From: Schizochytrium sp. TIO01
Lineage: Eukaryota > Protista > Bigyra: Labyrinthulomycetes
Assembly: GCA_004764695.1 (NCBI GenBank)
Contig: SMSO01000004.1
Coordinates: forward strand, 682,001 to 746,000
Reading direction: 5' to 3'
DNA: 64,000 nucleotides
How positions within the stretch are numbered: the stretch's first letter is position 1; each line of letters opens with the position of its first letter. The position numbers and the translations under genes are program-made. A model generated the notes under the pieces. The model saw nothing but the letters and a program-made list of their open reading frames with translations, was not told the origin of the DNA and did no database searches. Below, piece after piece: positions 34,974 to 45,745 of this stretch.

Positions 34974-36348
34974 CCCGCGCCGCAGCTGGGTTGCAGCGCA
35001 CACCAGTTGCCCCCGTGCCTACGCTAGCTAACTCTGGGTGCGAATGCTGGTAGCGCTGCTGCTGTCACTCCTGCAAACTTGAAGCACAGGACGCAGTTCC
35101 AGAGAGTTGGAATCGGGTTATGGAGGTGAACAAACTTTGATCAAAATGAAGCGAAGAATCGATTTTTAAACTTTAGTATAAAAGAATCAATGCCTAACAG
35201 AATAAGAAGAAAGAAAGAAAGTCTCTTCATTTCCTTTCTACTATGATGACTAAGATAAACAGCGGAAGTCTTATGAATAAGATGGATTAGGAGGCCTAGT
35301 AGGTGCATAGTACTAAATATAATATGATAATAAACTTGAATCTTTTCGTTCACTTATCTATTATGCAATCAAACTTCGTGTAACCTGGTCCGATTGCCCT
35401 TCGAGTTAATTTGCAGTTACCATCAATGGCCTTGGGAAAATGGATAAACTTAAGCGCCGTTGGGAAGGGTTGCTTGGGAGCAATGGCATGAGCAAAAGCT
35501 CGACGAACGGATTGGCTTGCCTGGGAAACCACTAGCAACTCTTTAAGATGTAGGAATTCGGCTGAAATGTTCAACAGGATAAGAAATATCAAAACAAAGG
35601 TGGGGGTATTCTGTACTTTAACACATTAATTTTCAGTTTAAATGTTTTTATAATTTCTTGCTGTAAAGCTTCTATTTATTTTATATAGATGTCATATAGG
35701 AAGGGCCGGCGCTAGAAAGAGCCGAGCGCAGTGGTCTCAAACTACCCCCCGGTTCCCGCTTCAGCATTGGAGATTGATCGATTTTGTGATTTCATGATTG
35801 ACATAGAACGATATAACAAGAAAGTTCAAGTTAGTCAGCTGCAGCAGCAGTGATTCTGTTTGCGAGCTGAGCACTTAGGAATAGACTCCAAGATATTTGG
35901 CGACGGCCTGCAGCAACGGCACCGCAGAAGCATGCTGATCACAGGTGAAAAAAGACGTGGTCCACTCCAGCTGCTGGAAATTGTCCCGGGTTGATGAGCA
36001 CTTTTGACACTGCCCAGGTATCTATCTACCTCGCTGTGCTCAGTAGACGCGGGCTTTAGAAGAAAGGCAGCGCAGATCACTAGCAGCTTCAACAAAAAGT
36101 GCTTTGCTTTGGCGTCTCGTGGGCAAAGAACCCGCTCGGAAACTTGACAGTTCTGCAGGTTTGACAGTGTCGAGGAAATATAGATTTTGCGCTTACGTCT
36201 AGGAGAGTGAGCTGGCTATACTATGTTAGGTTATTGCATTGCTGATGAACCGGCAATTCTCATGTCCGAACCTAGCAAGATTTACCTTGGAAAATAAAAC
36301 AAAAGTTCATGAGACTTATGTACCCATAATTTTGGAACGCGGACATAA

Positions 36349-37335
36349 AGAAGGGTTCCTCAAATTGACAGAGAAAGGGACAAGATCTTAAAGGAACAAC
36401 ACAAAGTCCTGGGAGATGGCGCGGATAAGGAAAAGGAATTCATCAAATATCTTGCTCTTTTTGCGAAGTCTCGCAAGCCCAAGAAAAGCCTGGCTGCCAC
36501 TGCAGAGGAAGTACTGTTGAAGAATAGAGGCTTCCTGTGGGCCGCCAGAGGAGGTTTCCTAGACAAATATGGCGATCTGCAAGGAGAAATCTGGTGCTAC
36601 CGAACCCAGGTTGCCTCGGAAACGGATTTCTTAGAGGTCAAACTGCTGGCTCAAACCACCAAAGCACTCCTCTACGAGCAGTGCGCCATGTTATTACCTC
36701 CGCTCCTGGAGGTGGGTGGCTTCATTTAGCCAGTGTGAATCCAGAAACGGTGAAACAATTTGCTATTTTCATAGCAAGTTTGGTGATGGACAGCTTTATT
36801 TTGCTCAGAATTGGAGAGAGTGATAACTTGCCCCTCGAGCTCGTGCCTGTCTTTCTGAGGACTTTGATAGGCTTATCGCGACAATGCGTGGTTGGATTGA
36901 CTCTTTGGCGTTGCTGTTGTTGGCGAGGATTTTGTCAAGGCTATATGTGAAGCTCAGGCCATGCAATTGAGGATTAAGGGTCGCCAGAATGAGTCACTCA
37001 TGCAACATCTTGGTGCTTTTATAAAGAACGAGAGAATCGAGTTTCCAGTTGATTGGGATATTACAACCTTCCTGGAAAGTTACCGCAAGAACAACAAATC
37101 ACACACCTACCGCTGTGTACTCGAGGACGAAAGGCAAGAATACTCCAAGGAGTGCGATTTGCTCATAGCTCGAATCCACTCAGATCCGCATTTTGGTCTC
37201 TGGAGTATGAAGTATCAGGAAGATATGGATCACCGCAAAATTCAGGCTATTCTGAAAATGGTTAAAGAGCAGGAGGACCCCCAACACCGTACCTTTAGGA
37301 GTCTTCGCGAGGCCTATAATGCCGTCGCTTGCTAA
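36349..37335 (+). pseudogene. Fragmented coding remnant of unknown family
   Basis: Protein-like segments alternate between frames (RRVPQIDRERDKILKEQHK..., RACLSEDFDRLIATMRGWID, LFGVAVVGEDFVKAICEAQAMQLRIK...AYNAVAC*) with internal stops. Confidence 0.4.
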
Positions 37336-37555
37336 GCGGTGTTTAGTGTTTTCGAGTTCATTCATACATTTTTTTTTTTTCGGTGTCTAGGATTAATAAA
37401 AGAAGCACCAGAAATTGAAACAAAACAAAACAAACAAACAAAACACAACAAAGATCGAATCACAAAGCCGTTTACAATTCTAATTATCAATCCACTTCAT
37501 TTTCTTTCTTCCATTTGGATCATCTATCCTCTTCTGTTTTGCTGAAGCCTGAATC

Positions 37556-39405
37556 ATGCCTTCTTTACGACGACTAGGGTCTATAGGCCTGTTCAGTTTC
37601 CTTCTTTCCACTTACTCTGGTTTCCTTGCTACAGCAGAGAGCTCTACTCCCATCTGGCTAGGCCGTATAAACTTGGGCGTGTTTAAAAATTGCAGTGATG
37701 CCTACGCGGCTTTCGAAGGGGCAATCAAAGCACTTGGGGAAGAGGCCGAAGAAAAAGAACAAGAACAAGAAGGAAAATCTCTTTCAGTTTTGCGTGAGCT
37801 GAAGTCATCTTCATCTTGCTTCATAAAATTCAGTGCTTTTGAGGACCAAGTCGAGGAATTACAGAATCGTCTCGATTGGCTGACTGAAATTGAAGCAGAC
37901 ATTGAGGTGGGCCATACTGGTGCCCCTTATGCGTGGGGACTTGACCGCGTGGACCAAACCTCTTTGCCTTTAGACAGGCGGCCTTACGAGCCTTTATACG
38001 ATGGTTCTGGCATAACGATCTATGTTTTAGACACGGGTGTTTACACTGAGCATAAGGAGTTTGACGGTGGTGAGCGGGCTTCCCTCGGTATAAATTTGGT
38101 TTCTGACGAATCTGCCGATAATCTAAATGGGCATGGCACGCACGTCGCCTCGCTAGCTGTAGGCACTCATGTCGGGACTGCCCCTGGCGCGCAGGTGGTG
38201 GCTGTGAAAGTGCTCAATAAATCTGGCAAAGGGAGCATTTCGCGAGTTATCGAAGGCATGCATTGGGTGCTCAACGAACTCGAAGAAAAGCAGAAGAATG
38301 AGACGAACGGCAGAGGTACAGGTGCGATTATGTCCATGTCGCTCGGAGGTAGCCGCAGTACTTTCTTTAACTCAGTTGTCAAAGAAGCCGTCGAGGCAGG
38401 TGTAGGTGTGGTGGTAGCTGCAAGCAACGACGCTCAGGATGCTTGCAAATCGAGCCCGGCGTCTGCTGAGGAGGCCATCACCGTGGGCGCGACGAAAAAG
38501 GGTGACAGCATGGCAGGTTACAGTAATTACGGGAGTTGCGTGGACCTTTACGCACCGGGCAGTAGCATCGAGGGGGCTTTGCATGGCTCGAGGACGAGTT
38601 ATCTTGTCATGTCTGGAACCAGCATGGCCACACCGGCGGTTTCAGGTGCCCTTGCGGGCCGGTTGCAGAAGCATAGCTGGGACCTTGCCAAGGCTACCAA
38701 GGATTTGCTGCTTTATACATCTCATAATCAGGTCACGAACACTCGCGGCAACGACGCTGCGGCGCAACTGCTTCGTGTAGAGCGGCAAGAGGAAACTTGG
38801 GTGCCCACGCCTCAGCCTACTCTCAGCCCAACGAACGAACCGGTGGAGATGTGAAGGTCTGCTTAGACTACTCGGCTTCGAGTTTCGGGCCTGCAGTGGC
38901 TCGAGAGAGCAAGCCCGTCGCTGGCGAGGTCGCTTTGGCCCTTACGGACTTGTGCAGTCACCCCAGTAACGCCGAAAAAAGGCAAATCAAGGGCAAGATG
39001 GTTGTGATTGACCGAGGCAGCTGTGCCTTTGTGGAGAAGGCAGCCAACGCCGAACGCGGTGGCGCCCGCGCTGCGCTTTTCCGTTTGATGAATACCTCTG
39101 CAAAGCTCTTTCCTCCTACTTCCTTTGAAAACCTAGTTACGCACATTCCCTCTGCACTGATTTCGTATAAGGATGGACAGAACCTGGAAAAGTATTACCT
39201 TGGGAAAACACTCTACTGGGGCCATGGTCCTCTGCCTGACACACTCACCAAAAGTCCTACAGCTAAGCCCACGAAGCCGGGCACGGATTGCTCGATTTTC
39301 AACCGCAAGAAGCGAAAATGCAAGCACAACCGCTTCTGTCACTGGGTCAAGTCAAGTAATCAGGCAACATGCGAGCTTAAAGAGATCTATCAGCGTGTCG
39401 CATAA
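37556..39405 (+). CDS. Secreted subtilisin (S8, proteinase K-like) with C-terminal PA domain and Cys-rich tail, interrupted by a frameshift near 38840-38854
   Basis: Signal peptide, WGLDRVDQ, triad motifs VLDTG, GHGTH, SGTSMA in 37556-38854. The overlapping ORF 38797-39405 has PA motif GKMVVIDRGSCAFVEKAANAERGGA. Confidence 0.85.
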
Positions 39406-39489
39406 TGAGATAGATTTATCATGTCTATTTATTTCTTTTTATTTCTTTGTTGATTGATGAATTGATTTATCTATATTTTTCTTATATTC

Positions 39490-41697
39490 TTATTCCATCG
39501 ATCCTCGCATGTCTAAACTTCTTATGGACTCTCTTAAACGATGCAAATCATGCGCACAAGACCTTTTAAACTCAGCAGTGTGTTTGGGCTCGTAGACAGC
39601 ATCCCCGAAGTCAGTGATATAGAAGCGGGTACTCTCGTTAACAACGACCATATGGAAAGCAGAGAAACTTATATGACCGTGAGTGATTCCGTTTTCGTGG
39701 AGGGTTGTAAGTGCCTTAAACATTCCTTCTTGGACGAACTCTTGCTTTTTAACAGCGCGAGGCATGGTCCCCACGGGGGAGCCCTCACGTGAAGTCACCA
39801 AGATTTGTGGACTTTCTGTGGATTCACTAGCATAGAAAAGGTAAGGAGCGCATACTCCCTGCAGGCTGCGTAGAGGGCCCTTGTACATGTCAATTTCATT
39901 GAGAAATTGACCTTCAGAGCCTTCTTCCTCCTTGTCCAACATCTTTAGAACAAGGGGGATACCACTTACAGTCATTTTAATCGACTGGTCATAAAGGTCA
40001 GTATTCGGATGTTTTTCGAGAAGCTCCCATGGAAAACCAATGCAAATCTGCTTGAGAGGAAGATTGTCTATCAAGGCGAGACGAGCTGCATCTCCCTCAA
40101 GTTTCTTGATTGCGAAAAGATTTTCACTAACTGAAACATAGGCATTTTCCAGGTTGTCAATAATGTTTGCAGGGATCAATGCAGCATTGACACCAGCTCC
40201 AGGTACATTTCCACCGGCTCCGCCCCCGGCTCCCGCACCTGGCGGTTGTCCTCCGTGTCCTCCTTGGCCTCCTTGGCCACCTTGGCCACCGTTTCCTTGA
40301 TTACCGCCACCACCACCTTGCCCTCCGTTGTTGTTATTGTTGTTATTGTTGCCACCTTGTTGTTGCTGGGCTTGTTGAAGAGCGTTCCACGCGTTTACCA
40401 TCTCTTGAACAATCTGATTCTTTCGGTTTTGAGTTCTTTGATGACGTGCCTCTCGAGGAAAGGTGGTCCAGTAGTCGCTAAGATAACTATAGAACCGAGA
40501 AGGGTTTTCAACCACCATTCTATGCCCATTGTTCGTTTCTGCCTCTCTGGCAACATGCGTTAGAAAACTCATGAGCAGTGCGGCAGGTGAGTCGGTTGAA
40601 ATGCCCACCCCGGCGCCATTCAATCCAGGGCTGACGAACAAACGACCATCCGGTTCCATTTTCAAGAGCCAGGTCATCTCGCACGTCGAAAGAACTCCGT
40701 ACTTTCGTTGAAATGCTACCATGTAACCAGCAATCTGATATACACTTCTACGTGTGTGCTCGTCTCCCGCAGGCGCTTGAAGGTCAACATTATTTTCATC
40801 GATAGGGGCGTCGAGTTGATTTTGAGTGAGGCGTTGAGGAATGACAGCATTGCGGTTCCCTGTGGAAGCCGCAGGGCTGTAGTTGGGACCATAGTATCCC
40901 CTGACTAGGTTTCCTTGAGTAGGAATGTTGCGATTCATGAACTCCGACTGCATACAATCAGGTGCCTTGAGTTCAAAGACGACGAGATCCTCTCCGTCAA
41001 GAGATACTACGAAGTCTGGTCGCAGAAGGACAGTCGACGTTTTCTGTTGTCGAACCTTGAACCTTCGGTTCGGTGATTTGAACTCTACAGCCCAATACTT
41101 TTTGAGAACCTTTACGATAAACTGGAGTATACCTTCGCCATCCTCAGTATTTGCAAAGAAATCTTCAGCTTCTATATTGGAACATTTTGTATTAAAAGAA
41201 GCATCTCTAAAATTAGACCCCTCGCCGAAAGCGATGCCGTGCTCCCGAACATTATTCATGGTAATGGCGTGTTTTATTTCGACGCGAAAATTTAGCCAAT
41301 TGAGAACCTGAGCGGGTACAACGGCTCCTGGTGCAGGAGGAGTGGCCATCTCGAGCAATTCGTCGTTGCCTATGCGTGCCGGTACCTGGTACATGCGTTG
41401 AGAAAGAAGGTAAATGGCAGGTATGTGAGCAGTACGTTGATCGGCGTATTTATCCATTACCCTCTCGGCGAGATCTCGATCCGCAGCGGGCATATTTGGG
41501 TTAGCTACGAGGTGGTCACTAATTGTCTGACACATCTCTGTAAGCTGCTCGGGAACCAATTGGTAAAGCAGGCGTTTCTCAGCACGAGAAGCAAGCATCA
41601 CATCCGGATAACTTGCATTAGCAAAGCTTATATTGGCGTGGTTCGTATTGATGAGACGCAAACAAGCAGCATCCGCATCCGCCTGTGCATTCGCCAT
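39490..41697 (-). CDS. PD-(D/E)xK restriction-endonuclease-like domain plus Gly/Gln/Asn linker plus degenerate protein kinase domain (Crinkler-type C-terminal architecture)
   Basis: Nuclease-like RPDFVV..VVFELK..YQIAGYM..YGVLST..TWLL. Kinase-like LVLK, FLNEIDMY, LQGVCAP, ALTTLHENGITHGH, ITDFG. First ATG is at 41697. Confidence 0.72.
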   Translation of the reverse strand: MANAQADADAACLRLINTNHANISFANASYPDVMLASRAEKRLLYQLVPEQLTEMCQTISDHLVANPNMPAADRDLAERVMDKYADQRTAHIPAIYLLSQRMYQVPARIGNDELLEMATPPAPGAVVPAQVLNWLNFRVEIKHAITMNNVREHGIAFGEGSNFRDASFNTKCSNIEAEDFFANTEDGEGILQFIVKVLKKYWAVEFKSPNRRFKVRQQKTSTVLLRPDFVVSLDGEDLVVFELKAPDCMQSEFMNRNIPTQGNLVRGYYGPNYSPAASTGNRNAVIPQRLTQNQLDAPIDENNVDLQAPAGDEHTRRSVYQIAGYMVAFQRKYGVLSTCEMTWLLKMEPDGRLFVSPGLNGAGVGISTDSPAALLMSFLTHVAREAETNNGHRMVVENPSRFYSYLSDYWTTFPREARHQRTQNRKNQIVQEMVNAWNALQQAQQQQGGNNNNNNNNGGQGGGGGNQGNGGQGGQGGQGGHGGQPPGAGAGGGAGGNVPGAGVNAALIPANIIDNLENAYVSVSENLFAIKKLEGDAARLALIDNLPLKQICIGFPWELLEKHPNTDLYDQSIKMTVSGIPLVLKMLDKEEEGSEGQFLNEIDMYKGPLRSLQGVCAPYLFYASESTESPQILVTSREGSPVGTMPRAVKKQEFVQEGMFKALTTLHENGITHGHISFSAFHMVVVNESTRFYITDFGDAVYEPKHTAEFKRSCAHDLHRLRESIRSLDMRGSME

Positions 41698-42258
41698 GGT
41701 GAGGGTTTCAACTGGAAACTCTGCCCACAAGCTTCTGCGCCTCTTACATTTCGTCGATTTCTAAACCTTTTCACCTTTACTGTTGTTCAAAGTCGTCTGC
41801 CGACTTCTTCTGTTCTTGTTTCGCACGCCCAGTTGCGTGTTTGCATTCCCCTTTCCATCATTCAAAGGCCAGTGAAGTATTTTCATTATTTATTATTTTT
41901 AATTGAAATAACTAGTTAGAAGGTACTGAGTGCACGCGCACGTGAATCTTTTTTGTGTGCTCGTGGCCCTAGAGATGATCGATAGTTCGGCACTTTCTAT
42001 GTTCTGAGAGTGCCTACTGAAAATATTTAATACTACTAATGACAACACTAATACTAATAATTGACGGCTTGTTGGTTTGTTTTAAAGCTTCCTAGTGTTT
42101 GTCATGAGATATAGTATAGTAGATATTTTGATTGATCGATTGAAAATGAAGAGAGGACGATTAAAGAAAAAGGATTCTTATTTTTTTTCAGAGTGTGTGA
42201 CAAATATTTTATTTATTTTTTAAGGAAAGGGTGTGCGAAAAAAACAAAACAAAAAAAC

Positions 42259-42646
42259 ATGAATGCTGACAACACCAATCGAGAAGACTATTGGGAAAGG
42301 ACCTACTCAGAGCCACACACAAGCGATAACGCCCACGCGCTCAAACGAACCACTCCCTCGAGTTTTGCAGAGTTTGCAATCCGCAAGCGACTAGATTATG
42401 TCCTTTCTGCTCCAAAACCTGGATCTGTAATTGACAGATTTGGCGTTGCAGTAGAATTAGGCTGCGGCTCTGGACAAGAAAGACTCCTGCTACTTGTCAT
42501 CGTTCTTCGATCATCTTGTTGCGGTAGATGCCTCGGAGGCTGCGTGTGCGTCGACTCAAGCAAGGGCCGCACAGACTGATTCTAAGCATGTCCAAGTCCT
42601 GAGGGCCAACGCGGCTAGGAAACCAAAAGAAAGGGAACGTAGCTAA
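42259..42646 (+). pseudogene. Class I SAM-dependent methyltransferase pseudogene
   Basis: YWERTY, PSSFAEF, motif I VELGCGSG. A 4-bp AAGA duplication at 42476-42483 shifts the frame; the shifted frame reads DSCYLSSFFDHLVAVDASEAA and then runs into the repeat block. Confidence 0.75.
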
Positions 42647-42792
42647 GTAGCCAAAGAAAGCAAGGAAAACAAAAGAAAGGCACCTAGCTACGTGATGTCA
42701 CGTAGCTAGGTATCCCAAACCAAAGCAAAGAGAGAAGGGCACTTAGCTACGTGATGTCACGTAGCTAAGTTGGGTCACGCAGCTACGTTGCA
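42618..42792. repeat. Array of A-rich units carrying 30-bp palindromes (AC[C/T]TAGCTACGTGA-TG-TCACGTAGCTA[G/A]GT)
   Basis: Perfect 14-bp inverted repeats at 42682-42711 and 42741-42770; half-sites at ~42637-42648 and ~42781-42788. Confidence 0.85.
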
Positions 42793-44037
42793 AAAAATCA
42801 TAGATGCTGGAAAGTCCTAAGAAAGGTCTAGTGTCTCTTATAAAATATATACAGCTAGCTACGGAGATATGGTAATTTTTTCTTACTCTCAAAATGAATA
42901 CTATGAAAATCTATATCTGATTTAACATCGATACTCCCCTTAGCTTCAGGCTAAGTCTAATGTAACCAGTGCTTTTGGTTTTTGTTCATTCTCATAAATT
43001 GTATAGCTGAGTATTCTTTTTACAACTCATCATGCCTAATTACTTGTTGACTTAGGAGCAAAACCATAAATGAATATTATTACCTACCTAACTACAAAAT
43101 ATCGATAGCCACAGCTGTAAATCGCTCCGTACAAAAGTGCTCATAGCGGCCCGATGATACGTCAGTTCATTCACCAGATTTGATTTTCTTCACTGTATTT
43201 TATCTTTCAACGCAAATTTCATCTATGCAAGCTATACCCCACGATAAACTACACCAATGTACCAAGACTCGACTATGTTTCCTTCGCCTTGCGTTGTTTC
43301 CATGGACAACTTTTTCATCTCCTGATCTATAAATACTCCACTCAAGCATCCATTTCTACCTGTTCACAGCCATCACAATCGTCCCAGCTACGCTTCCCAT
43401 AGACCTTAATAGTCTCTCCATTCTCTAGCTTGTATATCCAACATTTAAGGTTTCTTTGCCTTTTCCTTTCTTCATGATATCCTCGCTAAACTATACGGAC
43501 TCCTTCAAAGGGTCCCGGGGCGTGAAACGGCTGCGCAATTCTCTGTTATGGATAGTGTGCTATAGTTTAGTATAAATGGTTGCTAGAAGGATAGAGGAGG
43601 AAATGGAGAAGCAGCTGAGTAGTTATTTGCTGTGCAGCGGAAGGCCACCAAGCATCAAACCAGAGCTGACAGGGCTTGGCAAAGTCCAAGGTCATAGGAT
43701 AACTCTGTTTGTGAAGGTGGTTGTGATTGCTGATATAGTCAGTTTACACAAGTTAAAACCTCGCGACGAGCACTGGCGTGATTAGAACTTTGGATCGTTG
43801 TGCCCGAGGCGAGCCTCGGCTCAGTTTTGCTCGGTTCGCGTGCCGACAACAGGACTTGTAACACAGCTCAACCATTGAAAAGCATAACCTGGAGATAACT
43901 GCGAGATAGAAACGGTTCTCTCTGGAGGGAGAAACGTGTAAGGGAAACGCGCAGGAGAGCCTTCTTATTTCTGGTGTCAGAGACGGATTTAGAGCGGCAA
44001 ACCGGCTTCGAAGAGGCCCTTCTTCTAGCTAGTAAAG

Positions 44038-45189
44038 ATGGACTTCCGCGGAGGTCTAAAGGAAAACAACCGTACCAACTATGGCAGTAACAGCAGTGGA
44101 GGCAGTAATGGTAGTGGCCCTAGCTCCACAACAGTTCGGGATCCAGAAGGTATGCGGCAAAAGATGACCAAAATGGGCGGGGCCATGCGGATTCCACAGA
44201 ATATTCCTCGCGGAGGAGGCATGGGTGCGGAGGTGACTGAGAGCAAAGACCCTAGCGATAGGCCCAACCGCGCTCTCAACCGACCTGCAAAGGCACGTGA
44301 AAGCATGGTCCCTGTGGACCCATTCACATCGGACGACGCGAACAATAACTGGAGTCTGGACAAATTTGACATTGGCAAGAAGCTTGGCAGCGGTAAATTC
44401 GGCAATGTGTATCTCGCACGAGAGCGCAAGCATGAGTACGTAGTAGCCATCAAAGTTTTACAAAAGTCTCAGCTGCAGAAAAATAATGTTGAGCACCAAC
44501 TACGCCGCGAGATCGAGATTCAAGCACACTTGCGTCACAAAAACGTTCTGCGTCTTTTTACATTTTTCCACGATGAAAAACGAATTTACCTTGTTTTGGA
44601 GTTTGTAGCGCGTGGTGAGCTCTATAAAGAGCTCCAGCGCAAAGGCCGCTTTCGGGAGCGCCGAGCTGCGCGGTATATTCGTCAGATCGCCGAGGCACTT
44701 GCGTACTGTCACAGTAAGAACGTGATTCACCGTGATATTAAGCCCGAAAATCTCTTGCTCACACTCAATGACGAACTGAAGATTGCAGATTTCGGTTGGT
44801 CTGCCCATGGTTCCAGCCGTCGTGAAACTATGTGTGGTACTTTGGATTACCTGCCTCCTGAAATGGTAGAGCGCAAAGGTTATGATGAGAAGGTTGATAA
44901 CTGGAGTCTTGGAGTCCTTGCTTACGAATTTTTAGCCGGTCGGCCACCGTTTGAGACAGAGGGTCAGGAAGCTACGTTCCAGCTGATTCTTCAGGTCCGC
45001 TATACCTTCCCATCACACTTCTCTCCTGCTGCCAAGAGTTTTATTAAGTCATTGCTCAGGAAACGGCCTGAAGATCGCATGCCCCTTTCAGAGGTTCCAA
45101 ATCACGAATGGATCAAACTCAATGCGCCACTTGTTGAAAAAAAACTTTACAGCAACATTAACCCAACTCAGGTGAGCACTCGCACATGA
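44038..45189 (+). CDS. Aurora kinase, paralog 1
   Basis: [71 protein letters not shown]; N-terminal KEN box. Confidence 0.95.
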   Translation: MDFRGGLKENNRTNYGSNSSGGSNGSGPSSTTVRDPEGMRQKMTKMGGAMRIPQNIPRGGGMGAEVTESKDPSDRPNRALNRPAKARESMVPVDPFTSDDANNNWSLDKFDIGKKLGSGKFGNVYLARERKHEYVVAIKVLQKSQLQKNNVEHQLRREIEIQAHLRHKNVLRLFTFFHDEKRIYLVLEFVARGELYKELQRKGRFRERRAARYIRQIAEALAYCHSKNVIHRDIKPENLLLTLNDELKIADFGWSAHGSSRRETMCGTLDYLPPEMVERKGYDEKVDNWSLGVLAYEFLAGRPPFETEGQEATFQLILQVRYTFPSHFSPAAKSFIKSLLRKRPEDRMPLSEVPNHEWIKLNAPLVEKKLYSNINPTQVSTRT

Positions 45190-45673
45190 TCGCACTGCAA
45201 ACACCAGCTACAGAGCTGTTACAAATTCCCTCTTTGCCTTTTATAAGTACATATTCAATCATGCCAATACAATAAATTCAACTGTCTCCAATGGCACCAA
45301 GACGAGCTCACGTCCTCCAATATACTACGGAAAAAATTTAATAGCATCAACATACCCAAAACAACAACAGACAAGTCAGATTTGTAAGATTTTCAACTAG
45401 ATTATGGTGGTGTTTCAGATAGCTCTTTCTTGTCAAGTGAGTTGACGTGGCATCTAGCACCGCGTGGACACTACCAACCCACTTGTGACTTTGTATTGAC
45501 TCCTGCTTTATAGTTCTTCAGATCTAGGTAATATAGTTTCTTCAGGGATCTGCCTCTGAGATAACACCTAGCATGTACTTCTAGCCTCAGACTATTTGTA
45601 AATTATGCTAAGAATGAAGGTTATATACAATTGTTTCACCATTGCTTTCAACCTCCTCACAAAGGAGCACCTT

Positions 45674-45745
45674 GAGTCGTTAGCTCAGTGGTAGAGCGTT
45701 CGATTGCAGTTCGAATGGTCACGCGTTCAACTCGCGTACGGCTCT
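45674..45745 (+). tRNA. tRNA-Cys (GCA)
   Basis: Acceptor stem GAGTCGT/ACGGCTC, D arm TAGCTCAGTGGTAGAGC, anticodon arm TTCGA-TTGCAGT-TCGAA, T arm ACGCG-TTCAACT-CGCGT, discriminator U, downstream oligo-T Pol III terminator. Confidence 0.95.

Noticed and set aside
35719-35780. GCCGAGCGCAGTGG..CAGCATTGGGAG resembling the 5' end of SRP RNA
   Set aside because: No UGUNR Alu motif and no properly spaced helix-8 motif; an Infernal search would settle it.
42618-42792. CRISPR-like array
   Set aside because: Only two full repeats, low-complexity spacers, no cas genes, eukaryotic context.
42900-43500. Possible Copia RNase H / polypurine tract remnant on the minus strand (similar hint at 50700-51050)
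   Set aside because: Resemblance is limited to a few residues amid many stops; no LTRs seen.
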